DNA from: a virus
Reading direction: 5' to 3' (one strand)
IMG/VR virus record: IMGVR_UViG_3300047368_000324
Span: 1 to 64,000 of that record
DNA: 64,000 nucleotides
Position numbers and translations under genes: made by a program. Below the pieces are notes generated by a model. That model saw only the letters and a program-made list of their open reading frames with translations, did no database searches and was not told the origin of the DNA. Positions 47,616 to 57,307 of this stretch are shown piece by piece. Numbering within the stretch: position 1 is the stretch's first letter; each line of letters opens with the position of its first letter.

Positions 47616-48209
47616 ATGGAAAATATTGCTATAATAATTGCGTCTGTAGTTTCCGCAATCGGAGGTGTTGCGGCTGTATGGGCGAAGAATAAATTTGAGT
47701 ATAATAAAAAAGAATGCTTAAAGTCTATAACTGATTCAGGTGTAAATGTTTACAAAGCTTTAGATTATATACTAAGCGAAACTGGAGCGGCTAGAGCTTA
47801 TATTTTTGAGTTTCATAATGGAGAAAAATTTTTCTCTGGAAAGGGTCAGCAAAAATTTAGTTGCACTTACGAAAATGTTCGCGCAGGGGTTAGTTCTGAG
47901 TGCTTAAATTCTCAAAATCATAGAATATCAAATTATAATAAATATATCCACGGTTTAATATCCGAAGGAAAATATTTTAGTTTGGATACAAGTCAAATAA
48001 ATGATTCAGCATTATCTGCAATACTTCAAACTAAGGGAGTTCATTCTTTTTATAATGTTCCAATAAAAACTTTAAGTGGAAAGATAATAGGCATCCTGGG
48101 TATAGATTATATATGCCCTGTGGAAAAATTTAGTTTTGGAGCAGGTAATCTTGATCCAGAAGTTTTTATGAAAAGACAAGCTAGAATTATTAGTGGATAT
48201 TTAGCTTAG
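47616..48209 (+). CDS. N-terminal TM plus GAF-like domain protein
   Basis: IAIIIASVVSAIGGVAAVW; RAYIFEFHNG, FSCTYE, SFYNVPIKTLSGKIIGILGIDY. Confidence 0.65.
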   Translation: MENIAIIIASVVSAIGGVAAVWAKNKFEYNKKECLKSITDSGVNVYKALDYILSETGAARAYIFEFHNGEKFFSGKGQQKFSCTYENVRAGVSSECLNSQNHRISNYNKYIHGLISEGKYFSLDTSQINDSALSAILQTKGVHSFYNVPIKTLSGKIIGILGIDYICPVEKFSFGAGNLDPEVFMKRQARIISGYLA

Positions 48210-48243
48210 TTGATTTTTCTAAGAATAATGCTTATTATTGTGT

Positions 48244-48564
48244 ATGTCTTTTACTTATTGTAAATCTTGTGGTCATAAAAATATATACTCTTTAACTGCT
48301 CCTAATTTTTGTAGCGGGTGCGGGGTAAGTTTAGGATCTACCTCAAAGGTAATGCCTACAAAAAAAGTTCGACGGCAAAAAAATCAACAAGACCCTGTTG
48401 ATTTTGAAGACGGAGAAGATATAAATAGCGTGCCAGAAATTAGTAATTTTAAATTTTCTGTCTCTAATGATGGCTCCTATAAGAATAAAATAAAACTTGG
48501 AGAAATTATCCCTAATATAGACCAGGTTGCTAAAGATCAACTGGGGAAAGATGAAGAAGGTTGA
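48244..48564 (+). CDS. zinc-ribbon protein
   Basis: YCKSCG...PNFCSGCG. Confidence 0.65.
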   Translation: MSFTYCKSCGHKNIYSLTAPNFCSGCGVSLGSTSKVMPTKKVRRQKNQQDPVDFEDGEDINSVPEISNFKFSVSNDGSYKNKIKLGEIIPNIDQVAKDQLGKDEEG

Positions 48565-49330
48565 TAAAAAAGATGAGCAAAATTTTACTTTTGAGCAGAA
48601 ATACAAAGAAATAGCAGTTGAAATTAAAAAGCGGCGCGGGAAGTGGTTTTTAAATTCACTGGCGTGGTTTGATTTTCAGGATGTAGAGCAAATTATTTGT
48701 GCGCATATAAGTAAAAAATGGCACCAGTGGGATCAAAACAGACCTCTTGGCCCATGGATCAATAAAATTATTACTAATCAGATGAAAAATATTCTGAGGA
48801 ATAATTATTCAAACTTTGTTAGGCCGTGTTTAAGCTGCCCTTTTAATCAATCTAGATCTAGTGTTGACACTGGAATATCAAACGGCAGCCTTTGCGGTTT
48901 TACCAGCAGCGGGCTTCAGGATTCTGAATGCCCTTTGTATTTAAAATGGGAAAAAACTAAAAAATCTGCCTACGATATTAAGATGGCAGTTACTATTGAG
49001 AATCACGCAGGAGAGGTAGCGTGCATGTCTGATAAGCAGATTGATATTGATCGCGCAGCAGAAAAACTAAATGAAGAGATGCAAAAAATTCTGCCAGAAA
49101 AACAATACAAAGTATATAAAATGCTTTACGTCGACCACATGGACGAAGTTGAAGTCGCAAAAATAATGGGCTACAAGACAAGTGAAAAGGGCAGAAAGGC
49201 AGGGTATAAACAATTAAAAAATCTTAAAAAATTATTTAAGGAAAAAGCCATAAGTATATTAAAGAAAGGAGAAATTGTAGCATATGAAACCGCAGCTAGA
49301 ATTAACCAAAGATCAGAAGGAATTTCTTAG
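48551..49330 (+). CDS. phage sigma70/ECF-like sigma factor with Cys-rich insert
   Basis: Region 2-like DFQDVEQ...WDQNRPLGPWINKIITNQMKN; insert CLSCPF..C..C; region 4 HTH LPEKQYKVYKMLYVDHMDEVEVAKIMGY. Confidence 0.75.
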   Translation: MKKVDKKDEQNFTFEQKYKEIAVEIKKRRGKWFLNSLAWFDFQDVEQIICAHISKKWHQWDQNRPLGPWINKIITNQMKNILRNNYSNFVRPCLSCPFNQSRSSVDTGISNGSLCGFTSSGLQDSECPLYLKWEKTKKSAYDIKMAVTIENHAGEVACMSDKQIDIDRAAEKLNEEMQKILPEKQYKVYKMLYVDHMDEVEVAKIMGYKTSEKGRKAGYKQLKNLKKLFKEKAISILKKGEIVAYETAARINQRSEGIS

Positions 49331-50342
49331 AGAGAATATTGATTCTATTAACGACTTAACTGAGTTAACTAGAACATTATTTAAAAATGATTCACTAGAC
49401 GGTAGGTCTAGGGAGGGTAGGGCAGTCAGGGCTTACCTTGCTCAGCAAGAGTTAGATTATTCTACGAAGCATATTGACAAGAAGGAAGATGTTGAGTTAA
49501 GTGAATCTCAAAAAGAGTTTATAAAAAACAATTCTGCGCCCGGAGTTAGTAGTCTGGATCTTGCTAAATTATGTTTTTCAGATGACAAGATTAAGCATTT
49601 GAGTAAGGAATTCTGGGCGGTACATAACTTTATTGTTTCTGAAGGCTTAGATGTCTTTGAGGATGAAACTGGGTTAAATGTCAAATATTCTCCACCCAAG
49701 GCAGACAGCAAAGTATTAAAAAAGATTAATGATTTCGTGGGTACAGAAATAACCGAAGGCAAGATGAATGTGCAATACAAAAGATGCATGGAGTCTTTAA
49801 GGAAATTTTTGTGCGCACCTAGGTTCTTGCAAGTAATTGAGACTTATACATCGATTGAGGATCGGGATTTGTTTGAGGCAGAATTCGTTAGGGCAACATG
49901 GGACAAGCCGGACCTTTCTACGGACGAAATAAATTTATATATAAATGTATGCATGGATTACATTCAATTAAAAAGAATTCAATCCGCAATGAATAAGCTT
50001 AATCGAATGTTTGATGAAGCCGAAGATCAACAAGATTTAACTGTTAGACTCGCGGAGCTTTTAAAGACTAAAAGCGAAGAATATAATCAGTGCGAAAAGA
50101 GAATGGAATCTTTGATTTCAAAACTACAGGGCGATCGATCAAAAAGGATACAAAATAATGTTGAAAAAAACGCCAGTATATTAAATTTAGTTCAATTGTT
50201 TCAGGAAGAGGAGGAGCGATTGATTATGGTAAAGATGGCAGAAATGCAGAAAAGAAGCATCTCTGAAGAGGCCGATAATTTAGAAAAAATGCCCGAATGG
50301 AAAGCTAGGGTGCTTGGAGTAACAAAAAGAGACGTTATTTAA
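49284..50342 (+). CDS. hypothetical helical protein (possible small terminase or DNA-binding protein)
   Basis: 352 aa, C-terminal coiled coil, upstream of TerL. Confidence 0.4.
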   Translation: MKPQLELTKDQKEFLRENIDSINDLTELTRTLFKNDSLDGRSREGRAVRAYLAQQELDYSTKHIDKKEDVELSESQKEFIKNNSAPGVSSLDLAKLCFSDDKIKHLSKEFWAVHNFIVSEGLDVFEDETGLNVKYSPPKADSKVLKKINDFVGTEITEGKMNVQYKRCMESLRKFLCAPRFLQVIETYTSIEDRDLFEAEFVRATWDKPDLSTDEINLYINVCMDYIQLKRIQSAMNKLNRMFDEAEDQQDLTVRLAELLKTKSEEYNQCEKRMESLISKLQGDRSKRIQNNVEKNASILNLVQLFQEEEERLIMVKMAEMQKRSISEEADNLEKMPEWKARVLGVTKRDVI

Positions 50343-51004
50343 TGGAGTTTGAGCAAGTAGTGAACCAAAAGTACACTTGTGGAGAGGGCACTCATGTTCT
50401 GTCTCCAGGTCTTAAACAGTGTGCTTTAGATTTTTATCGAACTCCTGATTCTAAAGTTTCTCCATACTTGTACAGAAATTGTCGTTTTGACGGCTCTAAG
50501 ACATTTTGGGCTGCTAAATTTAGTTTTGAATATCAGCAGTTTTTTGAAGGGTGTAGCTTTATTGGTGGCGCATCTGGGATAATTGACGTATGCAGGGGTG
50601 GGGATTTGCAGTTTAAGAATTGCACTTTTATCGCTAATTCTAGAAAAGCTCAATTATTTATTAGGGGCGGCGCTAAAAATATAGTTTTCGAAAATTGTAA
50701 ATTTATATCTGATAGGCCGTTTGTTTTTTCTAGTTGGTTTATTTTTGGAGCTTGGTCTTTGTTTGATTTTTTTTATAGACCATACCTTAGAAATGTAGAA
50801 ATTAAAAACTGCTCGTTTAAAAAGGGCTGTTTAGTTAAAGGCATATCTATGTATTCGGAAAAGATCAAAAGGGACAATTCTTACTTTCCCTGGCTCACAA
50901 TGCCTTGTTGGATAATTAGGGCTTATTGGCGAATAAAAAGAAAAATTATGAAGAGTAAAAATATCCCGCTTTTTATGTCTAAAGTCTACCCTGAAGAGTT
51001 ATGA
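50342..51004 (+). CDS. beta-helix (pectin-lyase-like) repeat protein
   Basis: Repeated F.NC.F units (YRNCRF, FEGCSF, FKNCTF, FENCKF, IKNCSF). Confidence 0.55.
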   Translation: MEFEQVVNQKYTCGEGTHVLSPGLKQCALDFYRTPDSKVSPYLYRNCRFDGSKTFWAAKFSFEYQQFFEGCSFIGGASGIIDVCRGGDLQFKNCTFIANSRKAQLFIRGGAKNIVFENCKFISDRPFVFSSWFIFGAWSLFDFFYRPYLRNVEIKNCSFKKGCLVKGISMYSEKIKRDNSYFPWLTMPCWIIRAYWRIKRKIMKSKNIPLFMSKVYPEEL

Positions 51005-51954
51005 TTGAATGTAAGGTATGCAAAAAGACTTTTAAGTCAGAAAGGGCCTTGCATTGTCATTTAAAGGCTCATGACATGACCATAGCTGAATATTATACTG
51101 AATTTTTCCCAAGAAAAAATAAATTAACTGGCGGGAGCATTCCCTTTAAGGATAAAGATTCATATTTTGACACAGATTTTAGTAATTATTCTGAATTAAA
51201 AAAATGGTGCGACATAACTACCCCAAACGAAGTTAAAGAATATATACTGAAGCTTTTAGAAAAAAGAATCTCTTCTAGGAACCTTAATCGCGCGCCAAGC
51301 TATTTAGAATTAGTTATCAATAAGATGCCAACTATAGATAATTATAAAACTCATTTTGGTTCTTATAGCAATGCTTGCAGCCTGCTTGGAGTAAAGCCTT
51401 TGTTTGAGAAAGCATTACCCCCTGATTTCAATAACTGCGACACGTCTATGTTAAAAATCTTTGTAGACACCAGGGAGCAGCAGCCTCTTTCATTTCCTAA
51501 TTCTGAGACTATGGCATTAAATATAGGAGACTATACTGCTGCGGGAAGTTTTTATGATAGAACTTATATAGACCGAAAAAGTACTAATGACTTTATCGGA
51601 ACATTAAGCTTGTCAAACCTGGATAGATTTAAAAGAGAAATAGAACGGGTGAGAAATGCAGATTCATATTTATTTATTATCGTTGAGTCGAACTTAAAAT
51701 CCCTAGAAAGCTACATGAGGGCAGCAAAAAATAAAAAGTTTGGGCCACATAAAAGTAATTTAAAATTTATATATCATAACATGAGACAGATTACGCACGA
51801 ATTTCAAGATTGTTGTCAGTTTGTTTTTGCAGATGATAGGAGTGGTTTAGAAAATATAATTCCTAAAATATTATTTTTTGGTAGTATTATTTGGGGAGTA
51901 GATTTACAATATTATATAGAAAAAAATGAGCTGGACATCAGGACAACAAAATAG
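51001..51954 (+). CDS. C2H2 zinc finger plus ERCC4/XPF-family nuclease
   Basis: CKVC...HCHLKAH; IFVDTREQQP, IGDY, IDRKSTNDFIGT. Confidence 0.8.
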   Translation: MIECKVCKKTFKSERALHCHLKAHDMTIAEYYTEFFPRKNKLTGGSIPFKDKDSYFDTDFSNYSELKKWCDITTPNEVKEYILKLLEKRISSRNLNRAPSYLELVINKMPTIDNYKTHFGSYSNACSLLGVKPLFEKALPPDFNNCDTSMLKIFVDTREQQPLSFPNSETMALNIGDYTAAGSFYDRTYIDRKSTNDFIGTLSLSNLDRFKREIERVRNADSYLFIIVESNLKSLESYMRAAKNKKFGPHKSNLKFIYHNMRQITHEFQDCCQFVFADDRSGLENIIPKILFFGSIIWGVDLQYYIEKNELDIRTTK

Positions 51955-53794
51955 AGAAATTAACAACTCAATCAATGAAATCATTTCTGAAAAGAAAGGT
52001 TTTCTTGAGGAAAAAGAGGCCAAGATACTTCTGTACAAATTTCTTCGGGAAAACACAACCTTCACTACAGAGCTAATTTCAGGAATTAAGCTTTTTCCTT
52101 TTCAGCACATGGCTATTAAGGCAATGTTTGAGACTGATTATTTTATGGGGGTCTGGAGTCGTGGTATGTCTAAATCTTTTACCACAGGCATATATGCATT
52201 CCTCGATGCAATTTTAAATCAGGGTGTTGAGATAGGAATTTTATCCAAATCATTTAGGCAGGCTAAAATGATATTTAAAAAAATAGAAGACATTGCCGCC
52301 AAACCCGAAGCCTCCTTTTTGGCTCAGTGCATTACGAGAAAATCAAAAAGTAACGACGAGTGGCTCATGGAAATTGGATCTTCAAGAATCCGAGCATTGC
52401 CATTAGGCGATGGTGAAAAACTTCGTGGTTTTAGGTTTCATAGAATTATAATTGATGAATTTTTATTAATGCCCGAAAGAATTTATAATGAGGTTATTGT
52501 TCCGTTCCTTTCTGTTGTTGAGAATCCAACCCAAAGGCAGGAACTTTATGATCTCGAGACTAAGCTTATTCAAGAAGGCAAAATGACAGAAAAAGAAAGG
52601 TACCAGTGGCCGAACAATAAGTTAATCATGCTTTCTTCTGCCAGCTATAAATTTGAATACATGTACAAGCTTTACTGTCAGTTCGATGACTTGATCCACG
52701 AGCCCGGCCAGGATAAAAATAACGCTCATAGAACTATTATGCAATTTAGTTATGACTGCGCTCCTCAGCAGCTTTACGATCAAAATCTGATTGATCAAGC
52801 TAAAGCGACAATGAGCCATAGTCAGTTTGAGAGGGAATTTGGAGCTGTATTTACTGACGATAGTAGTGGTTATTTTAAGACATCAAGAATGGCCGGATGC
52901 ACTGTAGATGAAGGTAGTAATCCCTGCGTAGAAGTAAAAGGAGAGCAGGGGGCAAAGTATATTTTGTCTTTTGATCCTAGTTGGGCAGAATCAGAAAGCT
53001 CGGATGACTTTGCCATGACTGTATTCAAAATAAACCCCGAAACTAAAATGGGAACGATGGTTCATGGGTATGCTTTGAGTGGAACTAATCTAAAGCAACA
53101 TATTCAATACTTTGACTATATACTTAAAAACTTTAATATAGTATTTATTGTGGGCGATTATAACGGAGGAGTTCAGTTTATTAATGCTGTAAATGAAAGC
53201 GCTATATTTAAGAAGCAAAATAAAAAAATAGGAGTTATATCTTCTTCTCTTGATAAGCCTGAGGAATATCATTCGGACCTGCTTGAGTTAAGGAAAGAAT
53301 ACGATCTTGATTCAAATAAAATCTGCTACCTAAGAAAACCCTCTTCGTCGTGGATTCGCATTGCCAATGAATTGCTTCAGGCTAATTTTGATCATAAAAG
53401 GATATGGTTTGGATGCAGAGCCACAGACGACCAGTATCATGCCCAGGTTAGAAAAAAAATTCCAATTTCAAAAATTAAATTCTTAAGAACAGCTGATGCA
53501 GAAGAGAAGCAAAGTGATCGGGCTAAAATGATTGATTTCGTGGAGCATCAGTATGATATGATTGAATTAACTAAGTCGCAGTGCGCCTTAATACAAATAA
53601 AAACTTCTCCTCAGGGAACGCAGACTTTTGACCTGCCAGACAACTTGAGAAGGCAAAGTGGCCCAGATAAGGCAAGAAAAGATAGTTATTCCTCTCTTGT
53701 ACTTGGTAATTGGATGATTAAAATATATAATGATATGAATGATGTTAAGATGGAAAATATTCAATCTACGTTTACGCCAATGTTCATTGGTTAA
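51926..53794 (+). CDS. terL: terminase large subunit
   Basis: Walker A SRGMSKS, LRGFRFHRIIIDEF (Walker B), FEREFGAVF, nuclease LSFDPS...DDFA, RKDSYSSL. Confidence 0.88.
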   Translation: MSWTSGQQNREINNSINEIISEKKGFLEEKEAKILLYKFLRENTTFTTELISGIKLFPFQHMAIKAMFETDYFMGVWSRGMSKSFTTGIYAFLDAILNQGVEIGILSKSFRQAKMIFKKIEDIAAKPEASFLAQCITRKSKSNDEWLMEIGSSRIRALPLGDGEKLRGFRFHRIIIDEFLLMPERIYNEVIVPFLSVVENPTQRQELYDLETKLIQEGKMTEKERYQWPNNKLIMLSSASYKFEYMYKLYCQFDDLIHEPGQDKNNAHRTIMQFSYDCAPQQLYDQNLIDQAKATMSHSQFEREFGAVFTDDSSGYFKTSRMAGCTVDEGSNPCVEVKGEQGAKYILSFDPSWAESESSDDFAMTVFKINPETKMGTMVHGYALSGTNLKQHIQYFDYILKNFNIVFIVGDYNGGVQFINAVNESAIFKKQNKKIGVISSSLDKPEEYHSDLLELRKEYDLDSNKICYLRKPSSSWIRIANELLQANFDHKRIWFGCRATDDQYHAQVRKKIPISKIKFLRTADAEEKQSDRAKMIDFVEHQYDMIELTKSQCALIQIKTSPQGTQTFDLPDNLRRQSGPDKARKDSYSSLVLGNWMIKIYNDMNDVKMENIQSTFTPMFIG

Positions 53795-53829
53795 TATCTA
53801 TTTCTTTTAAATAATGTGTATCAAGAATT

Positions 53830-55398
53830 GTGAAAAAGTATAAATATTCTACCCAATTTAATTTTGAGGTTTCCGCTGCTTCTCTAGATGAGTATGAAAA
53901 TGTATCTGAAGCTTCTTTGAAAAAATTAAGCGACTTAATTCCTGAGGATGTGGATTTAGAACGCAATATCGATATAACAGCTGTAGCTTTTAATGCAGCA
54001 GTAGTAAACAAATTTAATAAAAACGGAGATGGGATCAATAGTAAATCAGCGATAGCGATTAAAGATCTTTTTATTCACAAGCCATGTAATATAGAGCATC
54101 AAAAAGATAATGTTGTGGGACATATAATATCCGCGGGTTTTTCAGAATATAAATCAAATAACGAATTTATTCAACCAGATGCTAACTCATCTGAACCATT
54201 TAATATTTGCCTAGGGGCTATAGTTTATAAAACTGTCCAACCAGAATTTGCAGAACAAATAATTGACTCTGTTGATGAAAAGAGCGAAAACTATCAGTCC
54301 GTTTCCGCTAGCTGGGAGATAGGATTTAATGAGTATGCTGTCGTTGTCGGATCTGGCCCATTTGAGGAAAGAAAGATAATCCGAGATGAAGATGAGGTGA
54401 AAACTCTCAGCGCTAATCTAAAATCTTTTGGAGGCAAAGGTGTTACAGAAGACGGAGAAGAGATTAATCGGTTGATCGAGGGTGAAATTTATCCTCTAGG
54501 AATAGGCTTTACTAATAACCCTGCAGCAGACGTAAAAGGCGTTGTAATGAAGGACGATGATGATGAAATTCAAAATGTTGATAATTCGAATGTTATGGAA
54601 AAAGAAGATCATCAAGAAAAAAGTTCTCATTTAAATGATAGCGCTGTAATACAAGAGGAACAAAACTTTTTTTCAAAAACTATGGAAAAGCAAGAACTAC
54701 TAAAAGATATTGAACAGCTCCTTTCTGAAAAGGCGGCTGCAAAAGACTTTTCGGATGAAGCTATCGCTAACATTACCAAGGTCTTTCATGATGCAATTCA
54801 TGAAAAGAGTAATGAGTATGTTGAGCAGATTGAAAAAGCGAAAGCTGAGCAAGCCGAAGCGCAAACTCAAAAAGAAGAGCTAGCAAAAACGTTATCAGAG
54901 CTTCAAAGCAAGCTTGAAGAAACTGAAGAAAAACTTCAGTCACTTGAAGTTGAGAAATCAGATAGAGAATCTCAAGCAAAATTTGATGCAAGAATGAATG
55001 CTATCGAGGAATCCTATACTTTAGAGGATGCTGATAGAAAGATTATCGCAGAAGAATTGTCAAGTATTGATGACTCTGAAGAAGCTTTTGCTTCGTATCA
55101 AGAAAAGCTTTCTGTAGTATTTAAGTCTAAAAGCAATGAGTACATTCAGAAACTAGCTGAAGAAATGGAAGCAAAAATTCAAGAAGAAGTCGCAAAAAGG
55201 CTTAGTGAAGAATCTTCACAAGCTAGCGAAGAAGTATCTGACGAAGAAGATGGCTCCACGTTAATTGAAGAATCATTAGAAAAAGCTAATGCAACAGAAG
55301 TTATTCCAAATAACAACTGCCAAACTTCCGAAACGGAAGAATCTTTGCGCAGTCGATTTGCTCAAGCTTTTAAAGATTCTGTAAAAGTTACATACTAA
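53830..55398 (+). CDS. prohead protease/scaffold fusion
   Basis: NKNGDG, NIEH, VSASWEIGF, GIGFTNNPAA, then long acidic coiled coil; between TerL and capsid genes. Confidence 0.7.
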   Translation: MKKYKYSTQFNFEVSAASLDEYENVSEASLKKLSDLIPEDVDLERNIDITAVAFNAAVVNKFNKNGDGINSKSAIAIKDLFIHKPCNIEHQKDNVVGHIISAGFSEYKSNNEFIQPDANSSEPFNICLGAIVYKTVQPEFAEQIIDSVDEKSENYQSVSASWEIGFNEYAVVVGSGPFEERKIIRDEDEVKTLSANLKSFGGKGVTEDGEEINRLIEGEIYPLGIGFTNNPAADVKGVVMKDDDDEIQNVDNSNVMEKEDHQEKSSHLNDSAVIQEEQNFFSKTMEKQELLKDIEQLLSEKAAAKDFSDEAIANITKVFHDAIHEKSNEYVEQIEKAKAEQAEAQTQKEELAKTLSELQSKLEETEEKLQSLEVEKSDRESQAKFDARMNAIEESYTLEDADRKIIAEELSSIDDSEEAFASYQEKLSVVFKSKSNEYIQKLAEEMEAKIQEEVAKRLSEESSQASEEVSDEEDGSTLIEESLEKANATEVIPNNNCQTSETEESLRSRFAQAFKDSVKVTY

Positions 55399-55415
55399 AT
55401 TTTAAGGAAAATAAA

Positions 55416-56048
55416 ATGGCTACTAGATTAGAACCATACAGAGATTACAGCGAACATGAGGTAGTTAACCTCTTTTCGTTAGCCGTTGCAGACGACCAAG
55501 ATTTACATCTTTGGGGACCTGGCGACGCACTCTCGGGCGATCAGGATGCGGGCGTTATTGTTTCAGCGGTGGCAACTGCTGCAGAATTGCCCGGAGATAT
55601 TCCTGGTTTTTCCGATAAAAATGCAGGGACGACTACTTCACTAAGAAAATATCTTGGTGCAAGCGGACAGCCCCATGTAGGATTCAATGCTTACCCAGTC
55701 GTAGGCATGAATGTTGAGCCTGCTAGCTCAGGTGGACTTCCACCAATTGGTATCACATTGAAACAAACTCTCGCTTATGATGAGAACGATGAAAATCTTC
55801 TTCGTTACCCTCTTAAGAAAGACGAACTTCAAGCTGTGCTTCCAGGTCAAGCAGTGCCAGTTTTAACAAGAGGACTTGTTCTTCTCAACGCAATGGCTTT
55901 TGAAACCGGTGTCGTTTTAGGCGCTGGCCAAGGCATTGATCTTTCTGGAACCGAAGATGGCAAATTTGTCAACGGAGGAGCTGGAGATCTCGGTCGAATC
56001 ATAGCAATTGGCGCTGGAGGAAAAGCCCTTTGTAAAATTTCTTTCTAA
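55416..56048 (+). CDS. capsid decoration/minor head protein
   Basis: Gly-rich, PIGITL...GQAVPVLTRG; immediately upstream of the capsid gene. Confidence 0.55.
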   Translation: MATRLEPYRDYSEHEVVNLFSLAVADDQDLHLWGPGDALSGDQDAGVIVSAVATAAELPGDIPGFSDKNAGTTTSLRKYLGASGQPHVGFNAYPVVGMNVEPASSGGLPPIGITLKQTLAYDENDENLLRYPLKKDELQAVLPGQAVPVLTRGLVLLNAMAFETGVVLGAGQGIDLSGTEDGKFVNGGAGDLGRIIAIGAGGKALCKISF

Positions 56049-56066
56049 CATTAGGAGATTAATAAT

Positions 56067-57203
56067 ATGGAAATTAAAATCGAAAGAACCGCAGAGCAGG
56101 TCGAGCTAGTTAAAGCTATGGCCTCTAAGAATCGCGAGGTTGCATATGAAGCTCAAGCTGCACTTGGAGACTTTATTGGTCCAGTGCTAGCAGAAGTTAT
56201 CGCTCAAGCTCCTACTCTTAGTAATTTATTTACTTCTCTTCAGTTTAATTCTGAAGATAATGCAAGTATCCCGTTGGATTTATACCACGATATTACAGAC
56301 GAAGACTATATTCAAATTTGGCAGCAAAGCGCCCCAGGCGGTTTGCCAACTAATCATGTAGCACCCGTACAACAAGAAATGAAGTTTACAACTTACCGCT
56401 TGGATAGCGCACTCTCTTTTGATAAGAGGTTTGCTGCCCGCTCAAGAATGGATGTTGTAAGCAAGACTTTCACACGTATGGCTCAAGAAATTTTGTTGAA
56501 GCAAGATAAGACATCTGCTTCCATGATCTTGACCGCTCTTGGTAATGCTAGTTTTAAAGATAGTGCTGGCGCTGATCAGTTCCACGTACAAGACGCGGTC
56601 ACATCTGGAAGATTTCTTCTTGCTGACCTGAATAAGCTTTTCACTCTGTGCAAAAGACTTAACACTTCTTGGGCTGGTGGAACTCCTGCAGACCGTCGCG
56701 GACGAGGAGTTACCGACTTGATCGTTTCTCCTGAAATTGTTGAAGAAATTCGCGGAATGGCTTACAATCCAATCAATACTGTAAGTAATCGTAAGGTTGC
56801 TGACGGTTCTGGTGGAACTGTTGATGGAGGTGGAGACATCGCTGGAACAGAAGCTCTTCGTGAACGAGTATTTAATAGTGCTGGAATTCCAGAATTCTAT
56901 GGCGTTTCTATCATGGAGATTAATGAAATGGGTAAAGGGCAAAAATGGAACAGTCTTTTCGGCTCAGTAAAAGCCGGAGGAATTTCCTTTGACGCAGCTA
57001 CTCAAGAAATTATAGTCGGAGTTGACTTGTCTCGTGAATCTATGCTTCGTGCAGTCGCAACAGATTCTGAAACCGGTTCTGAATTCGACTTGGTTGTTGA
57101 CGACCAATTTGTGTCAAGATCACAAAAGGTTGGATACTACGGGTCTCTTGAAGAAGGCCGCATGCTTCTTGACGATAGAGTCCTTACAGGCATTATTGTT
57201 TAA
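56067..57203 (+). CDS. major capsid protein
   Basis: 378 aa, strong SD (aggag), position after protease and decoration genes, followed by a strong terminator; TDLIVSPE and PEFYGVSI fit HK97-fold P-domain style. Confidence 0.75.
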   Translation: MEIKIERTAEQVELVKAMASKNREVAYEAQAALGDFIGPVLAEVIAQAPTLSNLFTSLQFNSEDNASIPLDLYHDITDEDYIQIWQQSAPGGLPTNHVAPVQQEMKFTTYRLDSALSFDKRFAARSRMDVVSKTFTRMAQEILLKQDKTSASMILTALGNASFKDSAGADQFHVQDAVTSGRFLLADLNKLFTLCKRLNTSWAGGTPADRRGRGVTDLIVSPEIVEEIRGMAYNPINTVSNRKVADGSGGTVDGGGDIAGTEALRERVFNSAGIPEFYGVSIMEINEMGKGQKWNSLFGSVKAGGISFDAATQEIIVGVDLSRESMLRAVATDSETGSEFDLVVDDQFVSRSQKVGYYGSLEEGRMLLDDRVLTGIIV

Positions 57204-57224
57204 GTTTAGAAATATTCTTAAGTT

Positions 57225-57257
57225 AAAAAAATCCACCTTTTTAGGTGGATTTTTTTT
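57225..57257. terminator. intrinsic (bidirectional-looking) terminator
   Basis: aaaaaaatccacct-tttt-aggtggatttttttt. Confidence 0.88.
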
Positions 57258-57307
57258 GTGTTCACGCAGAATATATATTTGTGTACATTGTATAGGAAAA
57301 AGGACTT

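Noticed and set aside
531-54215. Other CCTAGG hexamers (e.g. ~531, ~11708, ~32735, ~49818, ~54210)
   Set aside because: Inside coding sequence and lacking GACTTA/TAAGTC arms at 12 bp.
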